Origin: an uncultured candidate division Zixibacteria bacterium
GTDB lineage: Bacteria > Zixibacteria > MSB-5A5 > GN15 > FEB-12
Direction of reading: 5' to 3'
DNA: 64,000 bases
NCBI GenBank assembly: GCA_963735035.1
Contig: CAVTJJ010000003.1
Coordinates: 512,001-576,000, forward strand
In this document: positions 20,178 through 32,542 of the stretch, in pieces
Position numbering within the stretch: the first letter of the stretch is position 1
How the letters are laid out: every line of letters starts with the position of its first letter
Notes under the pieces: generated by a model
The model's input: the letters and a program-made list of their open reading frames with translations, nothing else
What the model was told of the DNA's origin: nothing
The model's database searches: none
Program-made: the position numbers and the translations under genes

Positions 20178-22199
20178 TTACTTCGTCTTTCCCAGCAGCC
20201 AGGCATAGTCGCGTTTGATGGATTCGTAATCCGGATGGCCGACCCCCGATTCCAGAAACGCCCGGTAGTGCACGGCCGCTTCGGTCGTGCGCTTGTTCTC
20301 GACCAGGTAGATCATTTCGACCATGTGCCCGACCGGTGATTTCGGGTTGACTGCGAGAAGCTCATCGGCGATTTGTTTGGCGGACGCAGTCTGCTTGAGC
20401 ACTACATAGGCCCGACACAGCGCCGACAGAATCTCTTCGGTTTTGGGCGACAGCCGATGCGCCTGTTCCAGCGGCTGAACGGCGTCGGCATAATCCCCGG
20501 TCATCATACAGATTCGCCCGAGGTTATAGTAATTGACATGGTTCGGGTGAGTGATCAGCGCCTTCTTGTACGATTCTTTCGCTTCAGGCAGTCGTCCCTG
20601 TGACAGGCGAATATCCCCCAGTGCCGCGAGGAATTCGCCATTGTCGGGTTGTTGCTTGAGCAGTTCTGTGACGAGAACTTCGGCGTCGGCGAGCTTCCCC
20701 TTCGCGATCAGACTTCGCGCCACCTGAAAGCTTCGTTGCTCGGGGAAGATGGCCGCCATCTCAGTGGTGACTTCGTTGTAAAGCGGCAGATTGCCGTCGT
20801 TCTGAATATATTTCGCGAAGGACACCCATCCCCCTCGCTCGCGAGGTCCATAATACCGCAAAAGGTCGTGCATGCGGGCGGTCGATCCCGCGGCGGAGCA
20901 GTTGACGCTCAAGAAAGGAACGACCACACCTGCGGCCAGTACCGCGGTTGCGAATACAATTCGAGGCGACAGGATCTTACTCCGAGTTGACCTGTATATC
21001 AGGAGCAGCCCCGGGGCCAGCAGCGTAATAGCCATCAGATCCCAGTCGCGGGCCAGGCCCAGTCTCGGGTTGATCGTAACCAGAAACGCCAGCGAACCGA
21101 ACGAGAACAGCACTAGCAGGCGATGAATATGATCGACCTCTCGGTCACCTCGCTCGAATGACAGGCTGAGAAGCACAAGAATAGTCGGCAGGCACAACGC
21201 TATCAGATTGCCGATTTCGGCAAGATTCTGTACCGAGAAAGCGGCATATAAACTCGGCCCTGAAGTACCGGAGATGAGTGGCAGGAATGGATTGTCAGGA
21301 GAAGAAACGTACCGCCCAACTATGACAACCACAGCCGGCACGAGCAGAATCATCGTGGCCACGACTGACGCAAAGGTTCGGGTCGTTAAGCTCTCGAAAG
21401 CACGCGGCATGATCCTCAGCAACAGCAGGTACAGCACACCGGGCAGGTAGAATAGCGCTTGCATATGAATTGCGACAGAAAGCGCAAAGAGCAATAGAAC
21501 CAACCAGAGCGATCCGCGATCCTTGGCGTATGCCAGCGCGGTTCGTACGAAGAATGACACCGCCAGCCACAACATCGGATAGTATTCGATATAGCCGAGG
21601 AAGAGCAGCATCCACCCGGAGCCAAGCAGTACGACCAGCGAAAACAGTCGCCCCCGGGCCGAGTCCGCTATCAACCCGGCGATAGCGATGAAATTGTATA
21701 CCACGACAAGACCGGCAAGGATGCTCACGGCCTGGAAGGCATAAAGGGCGGTCCAGTAGGAGTATCCGCCAAAAGCCTGTTGGACCAGCTTGATAACCCA
21801 GAATGAAAGAAGCTTGATCGGACCGCCGGTGTAGGCTTCATCCCGACCGAAAATGTTCAGCAGAAAGTAACCGTCGCCGAGAAAAGCGGTCCCTACTCGA
21901 AAGACAAAGAACAGACCGGCCATTCCCAGTGCGAGCAGCCACCTGATAATCGACGCTTTCCCCCAGAGAAGATCACCCGTCTTCTCAACGGCTCGCTCCA
22001 AATGAGTCTGTGGGACGGGCCCGAACGCCAGATAGAGTACAATCGCGGTCAGAGCGATCAGCAGATAAATCGCACTACTGCCGAGATATTTGAAATAGTC
22101 CAGCCCCCAGGCCGCGTACGAGTCGGAATAGAATGCGAGCAACAGGCATACCGGTGTGGCTACCAGGGCCGCCCGCGGGACAAACTCCCGAACAGTCAT
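20178..22199 (-). CDS. Polytopic membrane protein with C-terminal TPR repeats
   Basis: About 12 TMs (FLGDG, GYIEYY, RDWDL) followed by TPR-like helices (YYNLGRI). Confidence 0.8.
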   Translation of the reverse strand: MTVREFVPRAALVATPVCLLLAFYSDSYAAWGLDYFKYLGSSAIYLLIALTAIVLYLAFGPVPQTHLERAVEKTGDLLWGKASIIRWLLALGMAGLFFVFRVGTAFLGDGYFLLNIFGRDEAYTGGPIKLLSFWVIKLVQQAFGGYSYWTALYAFQAVSILAGLVVVYNFIAIAGLIADSARGRLFSLVVLLGSGWMLLFLGYIEYYPMLWLAVSFFVRTALAYAKDRGSLWLVLLLFALSVAIHMQALFYLPGVLYLLLLRIMPRAFESLTTRTFASVVATMILLVPAVVVIVGRYVSSPDNPFLPLISGTSGPSLYAAFSVQNLAEIGNLIALCLPTILVLLSLSFERGDREVDHIHRLLVLFSFGSLAFLVTINPRLGLARDWDLMAITLLAPGLLLIYRSTRSKILSPRIVFATAVLAAGVVVPFLSVNCSAAGSTARMHDLLRYYGPRERGGWVSFAKYIQNDGNLPLYNEVTTEMAAIFPEQRSFQVARSLIAKGKLADAEVLVTELLKQQPDNGEFLAALGDIRLSQGRLPEAKESYKKALITHPNHVNYYNLGRICMMTGDYADAVQPLEQAHRLSPKTEEILSALCRAYVVLKQTASAKQIADELLAVNPKSPVGHMVEMIYLVENKRTTEAAVHYRAFLESGVGHPDYESIKRDYAWLLGKTK

Positions 22200-22535
22200 A
22201 TTGTGAGGATAGTCTTATGAAGCTATAATGCCAAGCCCGAAATGGTCGCAGAGCTGAATCGCCATCCACCTTCCCCTCGCGTCTACGGGATGATACAAAA
22301 CAAGCTCAATCAGGGTCTTCAAAGTTAGTGCTTGTATGGTTAAGCCTGTCGATGTATTTTGTTCAAGACCAACAACTTGGTTTGCTAAGATGAGTGTACC
22401 CGCCCCGGGTCTACTGCCTGGTAATAAGCGAGGCCAAAACGGCACAGCATGATGAACGACATGGCCCGTTCGGCCGATAAGACATAAACGGACAATTGGT
22501 TAAGGTCCTTGAAACCGTCTCGACAGGAGATATCG

Positions 22536-25394
22536 ATGTGGCATAGCGCTGTCTTGAAGTCGCAGCGTCTTAGTTCTGCGCAAACTAGCTCAATTAGTCG
22601 TTCTCACGCGGCCTATTTCATGTTCTTATTCGTGGCCGCGATCTTTGCAGCGATTACATTCCCGGCTTCGGCCTCGGCCCAGATGAGCCAGGCCGACATT
22701 GAATCCATCCAGAAGGCTATCAATTCTCAGGGAGCGTCCTGGACTGCAGGAGAGACATCGCGTACTTTGATGACTATCGATGAACGCCGCTCCGCGCTGG
22801 GTCTGATTCCCGATACCATGAGCGCCGACTCGCGCACCCAGCCGCCATCGGGTTCGATGGCGCTCGCCCCGACCGAATTCAGCTGGGGTAACAAAGACGG
22901 CTGGAACTGGATGACCACTATCAAGAACCAGGGCGGCTGCGGGAGCTGTTGGGCCTTTGCTACGGCGGCGGCATTCGAGGCTCGCCTGCGCATAAATCTC
23001 AATCAGCCCAACCTGGCAGTGGACGTATCCGAGCAGAATATGGTGTCCTGCTGGCTAGGTTCGTGCGAGGGCGCCAACGCCACCTGGGTGATGACCTACT
23101 TCCAGACTTACGGCTGTCCCGACGAAGCCTGCTTTCCCTACGCCTCCGGCAGCGGCACGGCCGCTCCTTGTACTGACCTTTGCCCTGATTGGGCCTCGCG
23201 TGTCTATGGATTGACAACTTACGGCAACTACAACTTCCCGTCGGTCGAGACGATTAAGAACGAGATCATGCTCCATGGCCCCGTACAGATGCACATGTCG
23301 GTCTACGCGGATTTCGATTCCTACACGGGCGGCGTATATCAACACGTCACGGGCGCCTATGAAGGCGCGCATCTCGTTGTCATGTACGGCTGGGACAATG
23401 CCAACAACTGCTGGCTGGTCAAGAACTCCTGGGGCACGGATTGGGGCGAGGTTGGTCCCAATGGCCAGCGCGGCTGGTTCCGCATCAGAATGGGCGCCAA
23501 CGAAGTCGGCTGTGAGTCCTATATCTACTTCTTGCAGCCGATAGGTCAGGATTATCCTGTAGCAACTTCAACTTCTCCGGCTGAAAATGCGGTGGGCAGT
23601 GCTACTGCGGGCGACATTACGGTCAATTTCGATTCTGACCTTGATCCTGCTACTGTGAGCGCGTCATCTGTGTTCGCCTCCGGCAGCATTTCCGGACCTC
23701 ATGCGGCGTCCGTGAGTTACGACAATCCGACTCGCTCTATCACTATCAACCCGGATGCCGATTTCGTGTCCGGCGAGGCGGTCTCGGTGGTAATGTCACC
23801 CAGTATTCACTCGTCGGCCGGGATGTGGATGAGCACCGGCCACAACTGGCGATATACAACCTCGGTCGCTCCGAGTTCGGGGGCCTTCGCCGCCGCGGTC
23901 GATTACTCGACCAGCCCGGCACCCCTCTGGATGACTACGGCTGATTTGAACGGCGACGGCTCCTCCGATCTGGTGTCGGCCAATGCCACGACGGCCAGCA
24001 TAACCGTTCGTCTCGCCAACGGTGACGGCACTTTTGGGTCATCCACCAATTACTCGGTCCAGAACGGACCCCGGTCGGTGGTTGCCGCCGACTTCGACGG
24101 CGATGGCGATGTGGACCTCGCGGTGGCGAACTACCAGTCGCACACTATCTCCGTGTTGTTGAATAACGGTAACGGCACTTTCGCGCCTCAGTTCGCGGTC
24201 ATTACCGTCACTAGTCCCCGATCTGTAACGGCGACCGACATCGATGCTGACGGCGACATAGACCTGGTGGTCGGCAGCGCCACTCCATTGGCCATTCGCA
24301 TTCACTACAACAACGGCACCGGCAGCTTCACCAATATGGTCCAGCGCAGTATTACCGGTCTGCCGTATGTTCTCACCACGGCCGACTTCGACGCTGACGG
24401 CGATTTCGATGTCGCCTATCCGGCCTACTCCACCAATGAGCTGGTGATACTTTGGAATGACGGACTCGGAACATTTGATTCGGAATCTCGATTCCCGGTC
24501 GGTGTCGGACCCCGGTCGGTTGCGGCGGCAGATCTTAACGGCGACGGTGTCATCGATCCAGTCGTGGCCAACTATTCGGCAATGACCGTTTCGGCCATGA
24601 TGAAGACCGGATTCAATTCCTACACTAATCAGGACCTATCCACCGCGCCTCTGAGTCCCGAAGCGGTCAGCGTCGCCGATATCAATGGCGACCAACATCC
24701 GGACATCGTGGCCTTCGGAAACACCGGCATCGTGGTCATAATGAACCGGGGTGACGGGACCTTTGCCTCTGCAGTATCTCTGGCGACTGGCAGCTACCTG
24801 GCAGGGGCGGCGGCTGATTTCGACGGCGACCATGACCTCGATCTCGCGGGCGTGAGCTACGACGGTCAGAAATTCTCGGTGCTGCTCAACGGCGCCTGTG
24901 TCGACAGCGACGGCGATGGTATCGGCGATCCGGGCAATCCCGGTACGCTCTGTGGAATAGATAACTGCCCCAATACGGCCAATCCCGATCAGATTGACAG
25001 CGACAGCGACGGTGTCGGCGACGCCTGCGACAATTGCCGCATGGAGCCAAACCCGTCCCAGACCGATACAGACGGCAACTGTCCCGCACCGCCTTACGCA
25101 TCCGATCCGGAGTGCGGCGATATCTGCCAGACGTGTTGCCGTGGACGGGTGGGTGACGCCAACAACAGCGGCGATGAGGAGCCGACCATCGGCGATATCA
25201 GCGTTTTGATTGACGCCAAGTTCATTACCGGTTCCTGTGTCGGAATCGTCGCTTGTTTGACTGAGGCGGATATCAACCAGTCCGGTAGTATGAACCCGAC
25301 TTGTGACGATGTCACCATCGGTGACATTTCAACTCTGATCGATTACTTGTTCATCACCGGCTCCGGCAGTATGACCTTGCCGAGCTGTTTATAG
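22536..25394 (+). CDS. Secreted C1A papain-like cysteine peptidase with Ig-like, FG-GAP, TSP3 and dockerin-like domains
   Basis: NQGGCGSCWAF; GAHLVVMYGW; WLVKNSWG; D.DGDGD repeats; DNCP..ANPDQ.DSD; C-terminal TIGDIS.LID. Confidence 0.9.
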   Translation: MWHSAVLKSQRLSSAQTSSISRSHAAYFMFLFVAAIFAAITFPASASAQMSQADIESIQKAINSQGASWTAGETSRTLMTIDERRSALGLIPDTMSADSRTQPPSGSMALAPTEFSWGNKDGWNWMTTIKNQGGCGSCWAFATAAAFEARLRINLNQPNLAVDVSEQNMVSCWLGSCEGANATWVMTYFQTYGCPDEACFPYASGSGTAAPCTDLCPDWASRVYGLTTYGNYNFPSVETIKNEIMLHGPVQMHMSVYADFDSYTGGVYQHVTGAYEGAHLVVMYGWDNANNCWLVKNSWGTDWGEVGPNGQRGWFRIRMGANEVGCESYIYFLQPIGQDYPVATSTSPAENAVGSATAGDITVNFDSDLDPATVSASSVFASGSISGPHAASVSYDNPTRSITINPDADFVSGEAVSVVMSPSIHSSAGMWMSTGHNWRYTTSVAPSSGAFAAAVDYSTSPAPLWMTTADLNGDGSSDLVSANATTASITVRLANGDGTFGSSTNYSVQNGPRSVVAADFDGDGDVDLAVANYQSHTISVLLNNGNGTFAPQFAVITVTSPRSVTATDIDADGDIDLVVGSATPLAIRIHYNNGTGSFTNMVQRSITGLPYVLTTADFDADGDFDVAYPAYSTNELVILWNDGLGTFDSESRFPVGVGPRSVAAADLNGDGVIDPVVANYSAMTVSAMMKTGFNSYTNQDLSTAPLSPEAVSVADINGDQHPDIVAFGNTGIVVIMNRGDGTFASAVSLATGSYLAGAAADFDGDHDLDLAGVSYDGQKFSVLLNGACVDSDGDGIGDPGNPGTLCGIDNCPNTANPDQIDSDSDGVGDACDNCRMEPNPSQTDTDGNCPAPPYASDPECGDICQTCCRGRVGDANNSGDEEPTIGDISVLIDAKFITGSCVGIVACLTEADINQSGSMNPTCDDVTIGDISTLIDYLFITGSGSMTLPSCL

Positions 25395-25405
25395 TCAGGA
25401 TATAG

Positions 25406-25427
25406 GCGGCCCGCTCCGGCGGGCCGC
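25406..25427 (+). terminator. GC-rich hairpin after the peptidase gene
   Basis: GCGGCCCGC-TCCG-GCGGGCCGC. Confidence 0.5.
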
Positions 25428-25766
25428 TCTCATTTCAGACCTGTACCATTCTTCACGGAATAGCAGTAAAGCCCGAAGCCCGTCATCGCGAGGCCACGAC
25501 TTGGTCGGGGCCGTGGCGATCTCATTTGATCACACCGCGACAATATAAGGATTGCCGCGCCACGCTTTGTGGCTGGTGGACAGCCTGCCCCGGACCTGAT
25601 CCGAGGTCTCCGTCCACCACCTTTGTACGGACAGACAGACTGACACGCGAGGAACCGGTCAGGAGGTTTACTTGTTTTCCCTTGTAATAAAAATTGGTGG
25701 CGGGTAGTTTGGTGCGCGAAGACTAGAGAAGAAGCGGTTGGAGAATCTATAACTACGGGCCCGGCT

Positions 25767-27128
25767 ATGAAGTTTGGTCGCAAGAAGAACGCTGAAGAAA
25801 TCCGACTGAATGAAGAGGGGTGGCGACGTGAGTCCACTGTTCACACGCTGCCGGAAGTCTTCTCGTCGATTGCTGTCTCCTCCACGGCCGGCTTCTGGCG
25901 TAAGCTACTGGCTTTTACCGGACCCGGTCTGTTAGTCGCGGTCGGTTACATGGACCCCGGCAACTGGGCCACCGACCTGGCGGGTGGAGCGAGATTCGGA
26001 TATACGCTCTTGTCGGTAATTCTCCTCTCCAACCTGGTGGCTATAGTATTACAGCATCTGGCTCTAAAACTGGGCGTGGTCTCCGGCCGCGACCTGGCCC
26101 AGGCCTGTCGTGATCATTATTCGCGACCGGTCTCCCTCGCCCTCTGGGTACTGTGCGAAATAGCCATTGCCGCCTGTGATCTGGCGGAAGTGGTCGGCTC
26201 GGCAGTAGCACTAAACCTTTTGTTCGGCATCCCCGTGCTGATCGGCGTAGCGCTTACCGGGCTGGACGTGTTGGTTGTGCTGTTCCTGCAGAGCAAAGGC
26301 TTTCGATATATCGAATCCATTGTAGCGGGACTAATCTTCCTGATCGGCAGTTGTTTCGCCTATGAACTGGTGGTGTCAGAACCATCGCTGAGAGCTATCT
26401 TTGACGGATTGCTGCCAAGACCAGAAGTCGTTACCGACCCGGCCATGCTCTACATCGCGATTGGCATCCTCGGCGCTACCGTCATGCCCCACAACTTGTA
26501 TCTGCATTCCAGCATTGTTCAGACGCGGGCCTACCCCCGCGACGATGACGGCAAGCGGATGGCCATCAAATACGCCACGATCGATTCTACCGTCGCCCTC
26601 CTGTTCGCATTCTTCATCAATGGGGCGATTCTGATATTGAGCGCTGCCGCGTTTAACGGCACCGGTCATCAGGACGTGGCTGACATTGGCGATGCTTACC
26701 TGCTTCTCTCGCCCGTGGTCGGGGCGACTTTCGCCAGCATGTTCTTCGGCATTGCCCTTCTGGCGTCGGGACAGAACTCGACGCTCACCGGAACGATGGC
26801 CGGTCAGATTGTAATGGAGGGGTTTCTCAATATCCGCCTTCGCCCCTGGATACGCAGGCTCTTGACCCGCTCGCTCGCGATCGTGCCGGCTTTTGTCGTG
26901 GCCGCCATCTACGGTGAACATGGGATAGGGCAGCTACTCATCTTCAGCCAGGTGGTGCTCTCGTTGCAGCTCAGTTTCGCCGTGGTGCCGCTGGTCAAAT
27001 TCACCAGCGACAGACGAAAGATGGGACCATTTGTGAACCGCACCTGGCTGGCAGTGACCGCATGGATAGTCACAATTGTTATAATAGGACTGAACGTATA
27101 TCTTCTCTGGCAGACCATCGTCGGATAG
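25767..27128 (+). CDS. mntH: Nramp-family divalent metal transporter MntH
   Basis: VGYMDPGNW; GATVMPHNLYLHS; GQIVMEGF. Confidence 0.95.
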   Translation: MKFGRKKNAEEIRLNEEGWRRESTVHTLPEVFSSIAVSSTAGFWRKLLAFTGPGLLVAVGYMDPGNWATDLAGGARFGYTLLSVILLSNLVAIVLQHLALKLGVVSGRDLAQACRDHYSRPVSLALWVLCEIAIAACDLAEVVGSAVALNLLFGIPVLIGVALTGLDVLVVLFLQSKGFRYIESIVAGLIFLIGSCFAYELVVSEPSLRAIFDGLLPRPEVVTDPAMLYIAIGILGATVMPHNLYLHSSIVQTRAYPRDDDGKRMAIKYATIDSTVALLFAFFINGAILILSAAAFNGTGHQDVADIGDAYLLLSPVVGATFASMFFGIALLASGQNSTLTGTMAGQIVMEGFLNIRLRPWIRRLLTRSLAIVPAFVVAAIYGEHGIGQLLIFSQVVLSLQLSFAVVPLVKFTSDRRKMGPFVNRTWLAVTAWIVTIVIIGLNVYLLWQTIVG

Positions 27129-27161
27129 TCGGCCGGTTAACCGTCAGCAGCAGGAAATCAG

Positions 27162-27575
27162 ATGTACAAGCACATTCTAATTCCGCTGGAGAATTCTCCC
27201 ACCGATCAGGTGATTCTCACCCACATCCGCTCTCTGGCGCTATGCCTGAAGGCGAAACTGACCTTGATCCATGTGGCCGACGGTTTCCAGGCGCGCCGCC
27301 AGAAACAGATGGGTGAATCCGAGGAAATGCGCCGGGACCGGATCTATCTCGAACAGTGTGAGCAGGAACTTCGCGCCGAAGGCTTCGACGCCACCGCGAT
27401 ATTGACCTGGGGCGAACCAGCGGATCGGATTATCGAAGCAGCTACTTCGGGCCAGTGTGATTTGATCGCGATGGCCACCCACGGACACAAGTTTATCGGC
27501 GACGTGATTTTCGGCAGCGTGGCTAGCGACGTTCGCCACCGGGCAGACATCCCGGTGCTGCTTCTCAAGGGATAG
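27162..27575 (+). CDS. Universal stress protein
   Basis: MYKHILIP; DLIAMATHG; FGSVASDV; PVLL. Confidence 0.9.
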   Translation: MYKHILIPLENSPTDQVILTHIRSLALCLKAKLTLIHVADGFQARRQKQMGESEEMRRDRIYLEQCEQELRAEGFDATAILTWGEPADRIIEAATSGQCDLIAMATHGHKFIGDVIFGSVASDVRHRADIPVLLLKG

Positions 27576-27733
27576 ACACAAGCAACCCAGCAGGTTGGAA
27601 GACAGCTCCCCAAACGTCAGAACAGGGTTGTATCGGTTACTGCGCCCCCGATTTCAATCGGGAGGCGTGTGAACTAGTGCCCGGCAGATGTCCACATCTG
27701 CCGGCTCGTATTGATACCACCGAATTGAGGCTG

Positions 27734-28798
27734 CTACCCTTCTTCTTCAGTAGATTCAGCCGATTCGTCCGCGCGGGCACTGGTCCGAGTCGATTGCATG
27801 GCCGGCTCGGCCTTAATCTTCGCCAGAATCTCATCGAATATCGTCGGATTGGCCTCGACGAACGCCCGGGCGTTTTCACGACCCTGGCCGAGACGGTTCC
27901 CCTGATAACTGAACCAGGAGCCGGATTTCTCGATGATATTCCGATCCACCGCCATATCAAGCAACTCACCCGAGCGCGAAATGCCCCGGCCATAAATGAT
28001 ATCGAACTCGCATTCGCGGAACGGCGGCGCAACCTTGTTCTTCACCACGCGCACCCGGGTCCGGTTGCCCACGACTTCCTGGCCGTCTTTGATGGCCGCG
28101 ATGCGGCGGATGTCCAAACGCAACGAGGCGTAGAATTTCAGGGCGTTGCCACCCGTAGTAGTCTCTGGATTGCCGAACATGACACCGATCTTCATCCGAA
28201 TCTGATTGATAAACACAATCGAGGTGTGCGATTTGGACGTAATCGCGGTCAGCTTGCGCAACGCCTGTGACATCAACCGCGCATGCAACCCCATGTGCGA
28301 ATCGCCCATTTCCCCTTCGATTTCGGAACGGGGTGTCAGAGCCGCCACGGAGTCCACGACAATGACATCGACCGCACTGGAACGGACCAGCGTTTCGACT
28401 ATATCAAGCGCCTGCTCGCCCGAGTCCGGCTGGGCCACCAGGAGGTCTTCGGTGTTGACCCCAAGCGCGTGGGCGTATTGAGCGTCGAGTGCATGCTCGG
28501 CATCGATAAACGCCGCCTGCCCGCCCAGTTTCTGGGTTTCGGCGATGATATGTAACGCGAGGGTGGTCTTACCCGATGATTCCGGACCGAAAACTTCGAT
28601 CACCCGGCCGCGCGGAACGCCGCCTACACCGAGCGCATGATCCAGCCCGATCGAGCCGGTGGGTATGACCTCGACTTCCAGCACGGTGCTGTCGCCGAGA
28701 CGCATTATTGCACCTTTGCCGAACGAGCGTTCGATCTGTGTCAGCGCCGCCGCGAGGGCTTTCTTGCGGTCGGCCGCGGTAGAGGATGTCTGCGCCAT
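27734..28798 (-). CDS. recA: Recombinase RecA
   Basis: [43 protein letters not shown]. Confidence 0.98.
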   Translation of the reverse strand: MAQTSSTAADRKKALAAALTQIERSFGKGAIMRLGDSTVLEVEVIPTGSIGLDHALGVGGVPRGRVIEVFGPESSGKTTLALHIIAETQKLGGQAAFIDAEHALDAQYAHALGVNTEDLLVAQPDSGEQALDIVETLVRSSAVDVIVVDSVAALTPRSEIEGEMGDSHMGLHARLMSQALRKLTAITSKSHTSIVFINQIRMKIGVMFGNPETTTGGNALKFYASLRLDIRRIAAIKDGQEVVGNRTRVRVVKNKVAPPFRECEFDIIYGRGISRSGELLDMAVDRNIIEKSGSWFSYQGNRLGQGRENARAFVEANPTIFDEILAKIKAEPAMQSTRTSARADESAESTEEEG

Positions 28799-29201
28799 CT
28801 CAGGACTGCCTTTCTTTAGTTGGATCTTGCCGCGTTCCATGTCGCCCAAGATATGACTTTTGGAACGTTCTATATATCACTTTTGCAACTGACCTCAAGA
28901 TCATTTTCTCCCCTGACAGATCCTGTCAGTGAAAATGAGGTGCCCCTCGGAAAGTCAATCGGCGAGATCCGGGAAAATGCGTCTAAATAGTTAGTAACTT
29001 TGCACTTAGCGATAGAATGCGGCTTCTCGCTAAAGCGAGCTTTGGTAGGTCGGGTTACGCGCAATTATGAGTTGAGCGCGCAACCCGACATCATATCACT
29101 TATAGGGCTGTGTCGGGTTTTCTCCGAGACTCGCTTCGCGAGCCTCTCGAAAACACCGACCTACTGGATTCCGCGGGCTCAACTGTTAAGAAGTCCGCCC
29201 C

Positions 29202-29777
29202 CTACCCCCCAAACCGCTCCTGCCCCAGCACCGCCTCATGGATCCGCTCATAAATCGAACCCTTCGGCGTCAGCGTCGACTTGAACAAGACCAGACGGTC
29301 CAGCTTCAGTGGAATAGGAGTCAGTTCGAACGATTCGAGAAAGGACGATAGCACCGCCACCGACCGACCTTCTCGAACCCGCCCCAGGGTCAGATGCGCC
29401 TTGAAAGGTCGCGTTTCTTTCTCAAAACCTAGTTCGTGCATGCGACGGTCGATCTCGGCCGCCATTCGGGCGGCCGCTTCAATCGGTTGTGACCCACCCA
29501 CCCAGATCACGCGCGGATTCTTCAGTCCGGGAAATCCGCCTACCTGGTCAATGACCGACTCGAAAGGCTGATACCCGGCGCAGGTCTGGTCGATAGCCGT
29601 CTTGATTTTCGGCACCAGCTCTTCATCGGTTTCGCTAAGAAACTTGATTGTCAAATGGACATTCTTGGCGGCCACCCATTTGACATCGGGGCCTTTCGGA
29701 CGAAGCAAGCCGAGCAACCGGTCGAGTTCAACCTCAACCTCGTGCGGCAGCGGCATAGCAATGAACAATCGGAGCAT
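29202..29777 (-). CDS. thpR: RNA 2',3'-cyclic phosphodiesterase (2H family)
   Basis: RLFIA; two HLT motifs (HLTIKF, HLTLGR); upstream of recA. Confidence 0.92.
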   Translation of the reverse strand: MLRLFIAMPLPHEVEVELDRLLGLLRPKGPDVKWVAAKNVHLTIKFLSETDEELVPKIKTAIDQTCAGYQPFESVIDQVGGFPGLKNPRVIWVGGSQPIEAAARMAAEIDRRMHELGFEKETRPFKAHLTLGRVREGRSVAVLSSFLESFELTPIPLKLDRLVLFKSTLTPKGSIYERIHEAVLGQERFGG

Positions 29778-30168
29778 GATTTCACACTTTCGGATTTGAG
29801 GCCCACCCGTAGGGCAGAACCCTCGTCTTGCCCGCTACAAGCGGGTAAGGCGAGCGGTTCTGCCATGCTTCGACCCTTCGGCAAGCTCAGGCCTCAGCAT
29901 GACTTCGGCATGGCAGAATCGCTCCCGCAAGGCGGGAGGATTCTGCCCTACGTTCTTGTTTAATAACATAACCACACGCCCGCCAAACCACAAGCGGGGT
30001 TAAGATTGCCCATGAAACTGCTGGACGAGTTGAACTTCCGGCCTTATTTTGCCTCCGCCGTTTCTATTCGAGCCCGGCAGATGCCTGCCCTCGACCTGAT
30101 CGGGAGTCCACATCCACCGACTCGATTAAACGGTTGGAACAACTACATCGTCCGGCAACCCCGTGTGA

Positions 30169-31596
<1,428 letters not shown>

Positions 31597-31818
31597 AATT
31601 GTAGGTCGGGACCTTTACGGTCTGGACAAAACACGTGGCCGGCAGATGCCCACATCTGCCGGCTTTCTATTTGTGGGATGTGAATATTTTGATCGGCAGG
31701 GTTCCAACCCTGCCGCAAAGCAAAAACGGCAGGCACAGAGGCCTGCCGATCATATCTTAGCTGATTGTGGCAGGTGTACGTCCTCGTGCACCTGCTTTTG
31801 GTTTCCCGAACCTCCGCC

Positions 31819-32076
31819 TCACAGCGACCAGCAGTGCCGTTCGAGCGCTTCGGCGATGTCCTTGATCGAGGGATACATGCGAGGTTGATCTTCGCGCGGC
31901 TGTCGGCGCTGCTCTTTGATAGTATGGCCGTCGATGATCAACGTGGGTGAATCGACATCACTGTGTGCCTCGAACACCCGGGCGAAAATTCCGCGCTTCT
32001 CCACGAAACTAATAACGAAATCCCTGGCCTTGGTCTGCCGTGGGTCCTTCTGCGAATATACGAATCCTATGTCCAT
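31819..32076 (-). CDS. Small thioredoxin-fold-like protein lacking a redox Cys
   Basis: SPTLIIDG cis-Pro-like motif; YPS...I.EAL; GGGAAG before the ATG. Confidence 0.65.
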   Translation of the reverse strand: MDIGFVYSQKDPRQTKARDFVISFVEKRGIFARVFEAHSDVDSPTLIIDGHTIKEQRRQPREDQPRMYPSIKDIAEALERHCWSL

Positions 32077-32542
32077 AAGTACTTCCCTGTGTGATTAAAC
32101 AGTCAATCCGCAGATGAAGATCAACAACAACCGTATATTTTACAACTACGAGTTCCAGAACAATGTGCCCCGATAATAAAAATGCTCAGAAAAAGACATC
32201 GGTTAGCCGTAGGTCAGATCCGTCTTCGAACCTGCCACGGCGGTTTCCGCCGTTCTTCCCATGGCGGGCTTGAAGCAAGCCCTTCCTACAACAAATTGCT
32301 ACACGATTGGTCCGCTATTCGAGTTTTGCCGTGGGACGGGGCGCAACTTCTCTTCTGTCTTGCCCCGCTTTAGGCGGGGCACCCAGGGATTGTGGAGTCG
32401 GCTGCGTAAGAGAAAGTCCACTTGCCACCGAGCAGTATCTATACGAGCCGGCAGATGTGGGCATCTGCCGGGCACCGTATCTGGAAGCGTCAGGTCACAT
32501 CCCGCCCAAGGGCGGGACAGGACCTGACGCAACCAACAATGG

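Noticed and set aside
25705..25725. MntR/DtxR operator before mntH
   Set aside because: Only a weak TAGTYT-N9-ARACTA palindrome, with no second copy to support it.
28863..28870. LexA box upstream of recA
   Set aside because: GAACGTTC lacks the 4-nt spacer of GAAC-N4-GTTC, and no other known box is evident.
31770..31821. Sec read-through at the TGA ending ORF 31819-32076
   Set aside because: There is no CxxU context, the extension is uninformative, and the downstream hairpin fits a terminator or REP equally well.
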